Positions 38,406 to 47,552 of a stretch of 64,000 bases of DNA are shown here, piece by piece. This DNA comes from a virus, in IMG/VR virus record IMGVR_UViG_3300042399_002267. One strand, 5' to 3'. How positions within the stretch are numbered: position 1 is the first letter of the stretch; each line of letters starts with the position of its first letter. The notes beneath the pieces were generated by a model, which was given only the letters and a program-made list of their open reading frames with translations, was not told the origin of the DNA and searched no databases. The translations under genes were made by a program, and so were the position numbers.

Positions 38406-38895
38406 ATCATACTGCGGAACAAATGATGTCAAAAGATATTTACCACCCAATGTAGTTACAGAGGGTGAAAATCCAATACCTAATTTCAGAAACCCATCAC
38501 CTGAAACAGCTTCTAATATAGACCTAGATTTTTTCATTCAACAAGCTTCAGCTGACATTGATGCAAATCTTGCTACCCAATATGATGTACCTTTAAAACA
38601 AGTAAATATTGGTGGTGAAGTTAGTTATCCACATCCTATACCTGTTGTTTGTGCGATACTTGCTGCTCAAATGTACTATTCGCAAGCATTACAAGGTGCA
38701 GATAAACAGTTTTCAGAAGCGCAAAAAGAAAGATTTGATTTCGCTCAAAATCAACTAATTAGAATTCAAAATGGCGAGATTAGATTATTTGGTCAAAGAA
38801 ATACTCGCGGTGATAGATTTGTTAGATCAACACTACGTGGAACACCTTTGAACCCAGTTCAAGGTGAAAGAAGATCTAAAGGAAAAAGTCAATAG
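38398..38895 (+). CDS. Head-tail connector, Mu gp36/DUF1320-like (165 aa)
   Basis: MARSYCGTNDV...IQQASADIDANLATQYDVPL...IPVVCAILAAQMYY...RFDFAQNQLIRIQNGEIRL. Confidence 0.75.
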   Translation: MARSYCGTNDVKRYLPPNVVTEGENPIPNFRNPSPETASNIDLDFFIQQASADIDANLATQYDVPLKQVNIGGEVSYPHPIPVVCAILAAQMYYSQALQGADKQFSEAQKERFDFAQNQLIRIQNGEIRLFGQRNTRGDRFVRSTLRGTPLNPVQGERRSKGKSQ

Positions 38896-38904
38896 GTGAA
38901 TTAA

Positions 38905-39687
38905 GTGCTAGAAAGAGTTTACGATACCTTAATTGCCATTTTATATTACGAATTACCTAAAGATAATTATGGTAAAGTGGTATCTTATGACAGACCTATA
39001 ACTGCATGGTATATTGGTCAAAGAGATATAAAAAATAATAATCTCTCTGTGACCCTTAAGGGAGCAAGCAGTCCATTAAAAGACATTGGCTTGGGACTTC
39101 AAGAATTTTCTCATTCAGTCACATTTGAAATTAATGCTGGTGCAGATAATATATCTATTACTGAAAGATTAGTTCAAGAAACAACTAGATTAATTTTGGC
39201 TTCTTTGAGAAAACATCGACGTATATGGGTAGTGGAATATTGCCCTATTTGTGCAAAGTTTGCCTTATCTCCTGAACATTTTATTCAAGACCATAATGAT
39301 ATTTTAGCAACGTATGTCACTGGTGTTGTAAATGATTACAACAGCTTGTGGGCAGAAACTCACCCAGCAAATATCACACCAGCAGAATTACCAAACTCAG
39401 CCAAAGCTACAGAATCATTTTTGAGAATGTACGAAGATGTAAGAAATAACGTGGTTGTTGCCAACTTGCCTTTGACCGCTAAGAAAAATATACTAAAGAT
39501 GCAGTCTGATCTTGTTGAACCAATAAGAATTATGTATGATTGCGTGGCAAACACTTCAACTCCATCCGATGACGCTACCGGACAAGCTTTATTTAGGAAT
39601 GGCACTATTACTCTTGAGCTTAAGGAATTGATAAAGCAGGACAGTTATGGTCCTGATAATGTTCCTATTACAGCGATTAAAAAATAA
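38905..39687 (+). CDS. Tail terminator/completion-like protein with a zinc-finger-like insertion (260 aa)
   Basis: GTG start with GGTGA SD; follows the connector gene; LQEFSHSVTFEINAG...VQETTRLILASLRKH and C-terminal LFRNGTITL resemble tail terminators. Confidence 0.5.
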   Translation: MLERVYDTLIAILYYELPKDNYGKVVSYDRPITAWYIGQRDIKNNNLSVTLKGASSPLKDIGLGLQEFSHSVTFEINAGADNISITERLVQETTRLILASLRKHRRIWVVEYCPICAKFALSPEHFIQDHNDILATYVTGVVNDYNSLWAETHPANITPAELPNSAKATESFLRMYEDVRNNVVVANLPLTAKKNILKMQSDLVEPIRIMYDCVANTSTPSDDATGQALFRNGTITLELKELIKQDSYGPDNVPITAIKK

Positions 39688-42600
39688 TGAGCACTGTTAC
39701 ACGAAAAGGATTAGAATTTATTGTAAATCAAATTGGGAAAGCAAAATATGTTTTCAAAGATTTGATTGGCGACACTACTTACATTCGTGGAAACAGATTA
39801 GAATTTGAAAAAACATTATTGAGATTAAAAGGCTCTTCTGTTTTTAATGATTACGATTTATCAAAAAAAGATCCAGATGGAATTATAAAATCTAATTTTA
39901 CAACCTTTGATGCAACAGATAATGTTGGTTTTGCAATTCAAGGCGGAAAAATTGTAATTGATTCCAAGATTTCATCTTTTTATAACTCTGGCTCCTGGAC
40001 TCCACAAAATTATAGCCCACCATCTACAGAAGGATGGTATATATATGATTACAATGCATGGTCAAATTATATTCCAAAGTATGATTCTTCAGGTATAGCA
40101 AATTCAAATTATGTGATATACCAATTTCCTTCAGTAATAGAACCAAACTCCGGATCAGGTAGAACAACTTTTGAATATCCAATAAGATATAATGGTTCGG
40201 CGTATTCTAGAGTTCAAACTTTCAACAGTGCTAGATGGATTTCTTTTAAAAATACTTCAGGCTCATCTAAAACTGAAATAAGAGCAATTGTCCCTAAATC
40301 TACTTTTGATGGATTATTAAACGTAAATCCTTTTAATAATAAACCACTTGACTTGGGTATATATTCTCACAGTTACTTAGTTTCTAACAACATTGATTAC
40401 ACCCTGACATTAGATGGGACAATGGGTGTTTTAGGCAGTTCAGATGTCTTAGATCCATTAGGATTCAATGTTCAAGAATCATCAAGCACTGGTTCAACTG
40501 TAGCAAAAATAAGAGACCACTGGGTGTTTGATATTAATATTCCAGCATCATCCTCATGGATAAATAATTCATGGATTCACTTGGGTTTCTATTGGGGATC
40601 TTATGATACTTATTTTAAGACAGGTTACCCATCTTATTCTGCTGGATCTGCAACATCTTTTGATAAAAATAATATAAACTCATCATGGTATATTTTTAAT
40701 AGAAAAAATTTCTTTGTAAATAATATTAATAATTTTATATCATTTGAAAAAACTGGCATAAATGATACTAATGTTTATGTTTATTCAAATAACAAAACTA
40801 ATAATACTTTTATAGATCAAAAGTACTCATCTCCGAACAATTCATTTAGATATTTATTGAATGAAGATATTACAGGTTTTGCTTCTACTAATAGTTTCTT
40901 AAGTGACAACCTTATTGATAAAGATGAATTTTTACCAGTAATCATTGCATCAAAAAATAAAGGTTTTCAATTTGATAAACCTAACCTTGACTTGACAGTT
41001 TTTCTTGGTTCTCCAATTCCTTTAACAGAAATTCCTAATATCTGGAGTGATTTTAAATACTTCCCTCAAATTAATTCCGATTATGATATTCTTTTTAAAA
41101 TAATATTAGGTTACCCATCAGTTGAAACTTCTGAAATTAACGTTGATAAACTTGATGGAACTTTTGATTCAAATTTAATTTCAATAATTTATATTGAAGA
41201 AAATGCTAAAAATTCTTTTTCTCCTAATATAAATGATGGATCAGTTATAGAGTTTTTCTTACCTGCTGAAATTTCATTTTCAACTTTCATTAGAAATTTA
41301 GAGTTTGATAAGCTTTTTGATGCATTTAGTTTAAATGTAATTCCAAGAATACTTAGATACGATATTGACAAAATAAAAGATCTTAATTCCTTTACCACTA
41401 ACACTGCTAACGCATTCAAATCAATACACAATCTGTCAAAAAATCCATCTGATACATTGTTGCAAAACAATAATGACAGTGAACCAAAAGCTATACAGTT
41501 CTCTAAACAAGGAAGCAATTTAATCAAGATATTTACAGAAGAAGAAACTTCTAAAAATCTTGCATATATAAACAGCAATGAATCTTACATTGTTGATGAG
41601 TTGCTTTATGACAATGCAGAGTTTGAAATTTATCAACAAAAAGACGATACAGAATTAAATCAAAACTTAACTGGCACTAAGTTAGCCAGAGATTACAGTT
41701 TGAAAATAAAATTTGTAAATAAAGATAATACATATTATGTTAAAAATTTATTTATTAACGCATCAAAATATCTTTTGTCTGATGATGAATACTTAGAAAG
41801 ACAAAATAAAAATCTATCCTTATTAGGATATTACAAAAATTCTACTTTGACAGATATTGACGATTATAGAGTTCATGGATATGCAGCAGTAGTTCCTGAT
41901 TTAGAAAGTCAATCTGGCAGATTAATTTCAATGAAAGCAACCTCGCCTTCTGATTCTACAAAAGTTTCAGAATCTGCTTTTGAATCAGCCTTGTTGTTAA
42001 ACAATCCATCATATAGTCCAAGTCAAATATCAAATATAAAATCAGGATTTGCTCTTACTTCCATATTTTATACTGTAGATGAAACAAAATTTGATAATAA
42101 GTTTGTTGGAATTAAAGATTTAGGCATCACTATAAGTGAATACTCTCTAGATATGAAACCCAACTGGATAAATAATACTCTTGGATTATTAGGTTCTGAA
42201 AATGAATCATTTATTGCAAAACCTTTACATATCAAAGATTTAAGATCTGACTCTTTCTTGATATCTGGATTAGGTTACACAGCTACTGATAATTCGTTAA
42301 ATAATTTAGAAAATATTTTTGATCAAACCTTACCAGTGGGATTGGGTTCATCAATTTCACAGCAAACTCATTTAGGTTCAAAAGTTATAGAAAACAATAA
42401 ATTTGCTATTAGAATAAACCCTTTTGCAAATGTAGAGATAAAATCTCTGAAAATAAAATTAAAAAAGACTTCAGAATATTTAAACCCAGATGCAAAAATA
42501 ACAATTCAAATATGGAGTTCAGAAAACAATTTACCTCTGAGCATCATTTATTCAGGTAGTAGTGTAAAATTAGATTCTATAACTAATATTTTTGATGAAT

Positions 42601-44153
42601 ATGAATTTTTTATAAATTATTCATTCTTTAAAAACAAAGAATACTGGATTATATTATCAATAAATAATCTTCCACCATTGTATGACATAAATACAACTGG
42701 ATTGATAAATATAAACAACAATACTGTCACTGGTATTTACAATCAGAAAAATAATTCATTTACTGAATTTAATAAATACAATGTTGGAGCAAAACTTGGC
42801 ATAGGATCAACGATACCAACAAATATTGCTACATGGTATGAGATATCATCTATTGGGTCTTCTAATTCTATGACTGTAAGTGGTGCTGGAATAACTCTAA
42901 ATAAACAAGATTATTCTATAAAGTATGATTTTTCAATAGGAATTAAAGAATCATCTTCAATCGGAGCAAGTACTAATTTTGCATCATATAGTTCTATTGG
43001 TTGGAGCTCTGATACTGGAACTGCTTATATTAGTTTTATGAAACCTGATGATCAAATATATGCTGCTTTTAACAGAGACTTCTCTGATAGTGATATAAAT
43101 TTACCTGGTCCTAATAGATACAGAGAGTCTCTTCCTAATTATTATGTAGACGGTTATTGGTCTTTTAATGTAAAAAGTTTTGATCAAGAGAAAAGACTAT
43201 GTTTATATCCAAGGTCAGTCTCTATGAAAACACAAACTATCATAGCTTCTGGTGTTTCGGGTAATAATTATATATCAATAGGAAGCACTAATTTTACTCC
43301 TAAAATATTAGGTGGGTTAGCTATATCTCAAAACTCAAATATTGCTTCAGGAACAGCAATATCATATATAATTTATGATTCAACTAATTCAATATATAAA
43401 ATAAATTTAAATAAAAATCTTACAGGATCGTTTATTGATAATTTAATTTATGTAGGTACAGGTCAGACAATCCATTTGAGAAGAAGTCAAGATATTTATG
43501 TTACTGCTAGATATTATGTAAATGGTGGTTTGGCTTCTACTAGTTTAGTATTACCAAAATCTTCGACATGGATTACATATTGGAATAAACAAAATAGATA
43601 TAATTACTCAGTAATTGATAAAAATTCTAAACCAGATTTCCTTACTGCTTCTTACAATTTAAATTTAGAAAACTATCAAATACCAAATCAAATAAAATAT
43701 GTTAATGGATATACTATTGGAAATTTTGTACCCAAATCTTCAATAGGTACAACTTTTGATTTTAAATTTACATCTTCTTATGGTTTGAAAGTATTCTTTA
43801 ATGATTCTTCTCAACCAAGTATAGATCAATGGAAAAATACTTCTGGTGCAGGATACACATGTTCTTACAATATTGATTCAATTTCTAGTCCAATAAAATT
43901 TGAGGTTCATTTTTATAATTTGTCCTCAAGTATTGGACAAACATTAAAGGCTGAATGGAAGGTACAAGGATCATCAACTTGGCAAGATTTAGATGATTCC
44001 TTTTACACAGATTATGTTCCAGAAATCACAAAATTAGATGATAATAACATACAGAAAATAAGTTATGTAGCTGTAGGAAATACTAGTTCTTCAGTTTCTG
44101 CTCCTTATTATGGAGCACCGCAAAATGACATGTTGACTATAAGGAGTAAGTAA
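39687..44153 (+). CDS. 1488-aa virion structural protein with jelly-roll (choice-of-anchor-R-like) and C-terminal PA14-like domains
   Basis: KFAIRINP...IKSLKIKLKK...IQIWSSENNLP...EYWIILS; C-terminal FDFKFTSSYGLKVFFND...IDQW...FEVHFYN...LKAEW. Confidence 0.6.
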   Translation: MSTVTRKGLEFIVNQIGKAKYVFKDLIGDTTYIRGNRLEFEKTLLRLKGSSVFNDYDLSKKDPDGIIKSNFTTFDATDNVGFAIQGGKIVIDSKISSFYNSGSWTPQNYSPPSTEGWYIYDYNAWSNYIPKYDSSGIANSNYVIYQFPSVIEPNSGSGRTTFEYPIRYNGSAYSRVQTFNSARWISFKNTSGSSKTEIRAIVPKSTFDGLLNVNPFNNKPLDLGIYSHSYLVSNNIDYTLTLDGTMGVLGSSDVLDPLGFNVQESSSTGSTVAKIRDHWVFDINIPASSSWINNSWIHLGFYWGSYDTYFKTGYPSYSAGSATSFDKNNINSSWYIFNRKNFFVNNINNFISFEKTGINDTNVYVYSNNKTNNTFIDQKYSSPNNSFRYLLNEDITGFASTNSFLSDNLIDKDEFLPVIIASKNKGFQFDKPNLDLTVFLGSPIPLTEIPNIWSDFKYFPQINSDYDILFKIILGYPSVETSEINVDKLDGTFDSNLISIIYIEENAKNSFSPNINDGSVIEFFLPAEISFSTFIRNLEFDKLFDAFSLNVIPRILRYDIDKIKDLNSFTTNTANAFKSIHNLSKNPSDTLLQNNNDSEPKAIQFSKQGSNLIKIFTEEETSKNLAYINSNESYIVDELLYDNAEFEIYQQKDDTELNQNLTGTKLARDYSLKIKFVNKDNTYYVKNLFINASKYLLSDDEYLERQNKNLSLLGYYKNSTLTDIDDYRVHGYAAVVPDLESQSGRLISMKATSPSDSTKVSESAFESALLLNNPSYSPSQISNIKSGFALTSIFYTVDETKFDNKFVGIKDLGITISEYSLDMKPNWINNTLGLLGSENESFIAKPLHIKDLRSDSFLISGLGYTATDNSLNNLENIFDQTLPVGLGSSISQQTHLGSKVIENNKFAIRINPFANVEIKSLKIKLKKTSEYLNPDAKITIQIWSSENNLPLSIIYSGSSVKLDSITNIFDEYEFFINYSFFKNKEYWIILSINNLPPLYDINTTGLININNNTVTGIYNQKNNSFTEFNKYNVGAKLGIGSTIPTNIATWYEISSIGSSNSMTVSGAGITLNKQDYSIKYDFSIGIKESSSIGASTNFASYSSIGWSSDTGTAYISFMKPDDQIYAAFNRDFSDSDINLPGPNRYRESLPNYYVDGYWSFNVKSFDQEKRLCLYPRSVSMKTQTIIASGVSGNNYISIGSTNFTPKILGGLAISQNSNIASGTAISYIIYDSTNSIYKINLNKNLTGSFIDNLIYVGTGQTIHLRRSQDIYVTARYYVNGGLASTSLVLPKSSTWITYWNKQNRYNYSVIDKNSKPDFLTASYNLNLENYQIPNQIKYVNGYTIGNFVPKSSIGTTFDFKFTSSYGLKVFFNDSSQPSIDQWKNTSGAGYTCSYNIDSISSPIKFEVHFYNLSSSIGQTLKAEWKVQGSSTWQDLDDSFYTDYVPEITKLDDNNIQKISYVAVGNTSSSVSAPYYGAPQNDMLTIRSK

Positions 44154-45082
44154 TGGTTCCAAATTATGCTTCAGCCTTGATATTAAACAACATTGTCAAA
44201 GCATACAATTTATCAAAATCATATTCAGATTCACCAATATCATTAAAAGAGTTTGCAGCCAATTATGATGATGTTGAAAAAGATCTTTATTTACTTTATG
44301 GACTATCTCCTATCAAGTCTAATAATGAAGAATTTGTTCAAGACATTTTAGTACTTGGTAAAGGTTTATCCAAATCAAATCTGCTAAACAATATAGTAGA
44401 ATTGCCATCTGCCCAGAATAATCAATTTGGATTTCAAATATCTGAAATATTGGGAAACAATACAGATATAGCGGATTGTTATATATTTGCTGCAGCATAT
44501 TTGACTGCAACAACTTCTGGTATAGATGTGAAATTTTCTTTAGGAAAATCAGTTGATAATAAAACAGGAGAAGTTTTTATATTAGGCAGAGATGTTGATT
44601 TAGAAACAGCAAAAAACATTCTTCAATATAACAATCAAATTGTTTTTCCACAGCCAAACAATACAGATCAATATACTTTGTTGTTTAAAATGATTTTAGA
44701 TATCTCAATTTATGATGGTACTGAAAAAAATTCAAGAGTATTAATTTCTATTTTAGATGAAAGAAAACCCAGAAGTTTTTATTCAGTGTCAGAAGAAAAT
44801 GCAGCCGCAATAATCACACCTGCGATGTTCAGTTTTGACAAAAAGTATAATTTTATGGTTAGTACCCAATTTAATGCATTGTCCCAAATAGTCAATGATT
44901 GGGTTAATTTAGATTCTTGGGATCCTGATTTTGCAACATATTGGTATAACTCTCAAAAACCTTTACCAACTGATCTTAAAGATTTTATAATAAGTATTGG
45001 AATAGATATAAGTTATCACATTGAATCTACTGGTATAGCAACTAAGCAAGTTTTTGGTACAGCAAGATTGGATAGTATATAA
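44153..45082 (+). CDS. Hypothetical structural-region protein (309 aa)
   Basis: TAATG coupling at 44153; long ORF. Confidence 0.75.
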   Translation: MVPNYASALILNNIVKAYNLSKSYSDSPISLKEFAANYDDVEKDLYLLYGLSPIKSNNEEFVQDILVLGKGLSKSNLLNNIVELPSAQNNQFGFQISEILGNNTDIADCYIFAAAYLTATTSGIDVKFSLGKSVDNKTGEVFILGRDVDLETAKNILQYNNQIVFPQPNNTDQYTLLFKMILDISIYDGTEKNSRVLISILDERKPRSFYSVSEENAAAIITPAMFSFDKKYNFMVSTQFNALSQIVNDWVNLDSWDPDFATYWYNSQKPLPTDLKDFIISIGIDISYHIESTGIATKQVFGTARLDSI

Positions 45083-47536
45083 ATGGCAATATCATCAAAA
45101 ATTGAGGAAGTAATTTTAGAAATTACCAAAACTGCTGGGAATATTTCAGATTCCTTAAAAATAGGAATTGGAGAAACAAATATTCCAGGTTCTTCTATTT
45201 TTGAGATCAATAATTTATTGTCTGTAGCTAACACAGGATATCCATTTTTTGGAATTGTTGAAACTGATACATTAGGTTTTCAAGCATCTTACAGTGCATC
45301 CGATGACAGATATAATGTCAAAATATCAAGTGGAAAAGTTTCATATAATGGCAGTTTGATAGATCTTTTAGAACAAAAAGTTTCTATAAAAAAAGATTTT
45401 ATAAAAGATTACAATCTTACAGCTTTTGGGGCTACAGCATATAAATATGGAATTACAATTGGATTTCCACTATCTGAAGCAGAAAAATCTATACAAACTT
45501 ACAATACTTCAGTAAATGCAACATCATTATCTGGCACAAATGTTTTATATGTAACGTCAACATCAAATGCTAAAACTCTAGGATTTCCTTTAGAAGCACA
45601 TGTTGGCTCTATTTATTTAAGATTTATTGGTGTTAATGATTTAGATACTGGTTTGATCATTGATTCTACATTTTACAATGGATCTCAGTATGGGGTGTTG
45701 CCAAGCACTATTATAGAAAACACTCCTGTAAAATTTGTATATCAACCCAAGTTACAATATATATCTGGATTCCCAATTTCTACCAGTTCTAGTGATCCAA
45801 GTCTTTTTCACTATTTTCCACCATTACCTTCATCTTGGTTACCAGTTGCAAAAGTGTTAGTAGAGGATCCAAATTTTCCCATTATTGCAGGCACTGGAAG
45901 AACTGCTTTTATAAGAACTGTTGTAGATATTCCAACCAATACTTCAACTAATAAAATATTAGGTGACTCAGCTGATGTAAGCAATGTAATTCAAAGTTGT
46001 AACTCTGCTATTGACAACTTAAGAAATTACAGAAAAAATGCTGTGATTACAAGTGTTGTCAATGCACTAAATCAATATACATATGCCTTGACATCTGTTA
46101 CCAATTTAAAAATAAGCCAATATTGGTCTTTGCAGCCATTTAGACCAACTCAATACTATTCAAAAGGTTTATCCTTTTCTGGACTTGAAAGATTTGAGTT
46201 TCCATCTAATTTTGCTGAAGCTTATTACAATATAACTGGTCAAGATTTACAACATACATTTGCAGTATTTAGAGGAGATTTGATTGATTATAATCAAGCT
46301 GCCCTTGGCTCAACTACTATCAATTCTTCAGCAATAACTGCAACTGTAATACCTTGCGCAGCAAACTATTCGTCTTTGACATCCGGAACTCAAATATATG
46401 GAGTTTCTGGAGTAAGAAGTATTGCTTTAGATGAGTATCTTGAAACTGTACCATCATATTCAAGTAAAATATCAACTACTATAACTTCAAATAATTATAT
46501 GGTTGAATTGAATTGGTCAGGAAGTGGAGTAACTGATTCACTATTTTATCATATTTATAAAAGACCAAATCTATCAAGTGAACTTACAGAAAATAGAATT
46601 ACAAATATTGATGAAATTAAAAATTATCCATATTTTACTGGTTTAGCAATCACTGATACAACAAGCTATACTGTTCCAAGATTTTCAGCTATTTCAATAA
46701 TTCCTAATGAAGATTGTTTTGTTGGTGGAGTGACATTGAAATTTGGCTTTAGCGCCCCAGGGCAAACTGCGTCAATAGGTTCTACTGGTGTTAATATTGC
46801 ACTGTATGGAAACTCAGCTGGAGCACCTGATTCATCAACTCTTTTAGCATATACTGACACACTAAGATATGAAGATGTATCAGAGGGCTTTGGAGCATAT
46901 ACTGTAAAGTTTGACACAGGTATCAACTTAGATGCATCCACACAATATTGGCTAGTTATAGACAAACCAACCAATCTCACTGTTGGTACTGGTTCAACTG
47001 AAATGATTACAAGAGTCATTAATTCAGGAACCAGCAAATTATTGTCAAGTAGTTCTTTTGGTTCATGGGTTGATTCTGGAAAAACACCATATGTAAAACT
47101 TCGTGGTTACCTTGATAATGGTTCTTCATTGGGAACAAATTACAAAAGAGGAATAAAATTCACTAATAAAATAGCTAATAAACCTAGAAGATTATCAGTG
47201 TATGTTCCTCCTGTAGAAAATATAATAAATAATACAGGTTTGATATTAAATGGAAATACAACTGGTACAGCTTTTTCTACTGATACTTCTATAAAAAATG
47301 AGCTTTTAGTAACTGTATATGCAAGAAATGGTACAGGCGGAACTACAACAGTAATGTCCACTTTAGTACCAAAGGGCACCATTAGAGATACAAGATTTTT
47401 ACTTGGTGCAGACACTGATTTATTTGACAGAGTAGATAATATAATTGTAAGTCCTGGCACTGATTTGACAAGAGTAAACAATGGTCCAATTATTTGGGAC
47501 ATATATGATCTAATCACTGTCGAGACGGAACCATAG
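45083..47536 (+). CDS. 817-aa virion structural protein with a choice-of-anchor-R-like domain
   Basis: FSAISIIP...VGGVTLKF...VNIALYGNSAGAPDSS...INLDASTQYWLVID; Ser/Thr-rich. Confidence 0.6.
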   Translation: MAISSKIEEVILEITKTAGNISDSLKIGIGETNIPGSSIFEINNLLSVANTGYPFFGIVETDTLGFQASYSASDDRYNVKISSGKVSYNGSLIDLLEQKVSIKKDFIKDYNLTAFGATAYKYGITIGFPLSEAEKSIQTYNTSVNATSLSGTNVLYVTSTSNAKTLGFPLEAHVGSIYLRFIGVNDLDTGLIIDSTFYNGSQYGVLPSTIIENTPVKFVYQPKLQYISGFPISTSSSDPSLFHYFPPLPSSWLPVAKVLVEDPNFPIIAGTGRTAFIRTVVDIPTNTSTNKILGDSADVSNVIQSCNSAIDNLRNYRKNAVITSVVNALNQYTYALTSVTNLKISQYWSLQPFRPTQYYSKGLSFSGLERFEFPSNFAEAYYNITGQDLQHTFAVFRGDLIDYNQAALGSTTINSSAITATVIPCAANYSSLTSGTQIYGVSGVRSIALDEYLETVPSYSSKISTTITSNNYMVELNWSGSGVTDSLFYHIYKRPNLSSELTENRITNIDEIKNYPYFTGLAITDTTSYTVPRFSAISIIPNEDCFVGGVTLKFGFSAPGQTASIGSTGVNIALYGNSAGAPDSSTLLAYTDTLRYEDVSEGFGAYTVKFDTGINLDASTQYWLVIDKPTNLTVGTGSTEMITRVINSGTSKLLSSSSFGSWVDSGKTPYVKLRGYLDNGSSLGTNYKRGIKFTNKIANKPRRLSVYVPPVENIINNTGLILNGNTTGTAFSTDTSIKNELLVTVYARNGTGGTTTVMSTLVPKGTIRDTRFLLGADTDLFDRVDNIIVSPGTDLTRVNNGPIIWDIYDLITVETEP

Positions 47537-47552
47537 GTCTCAGGAGACTTAA

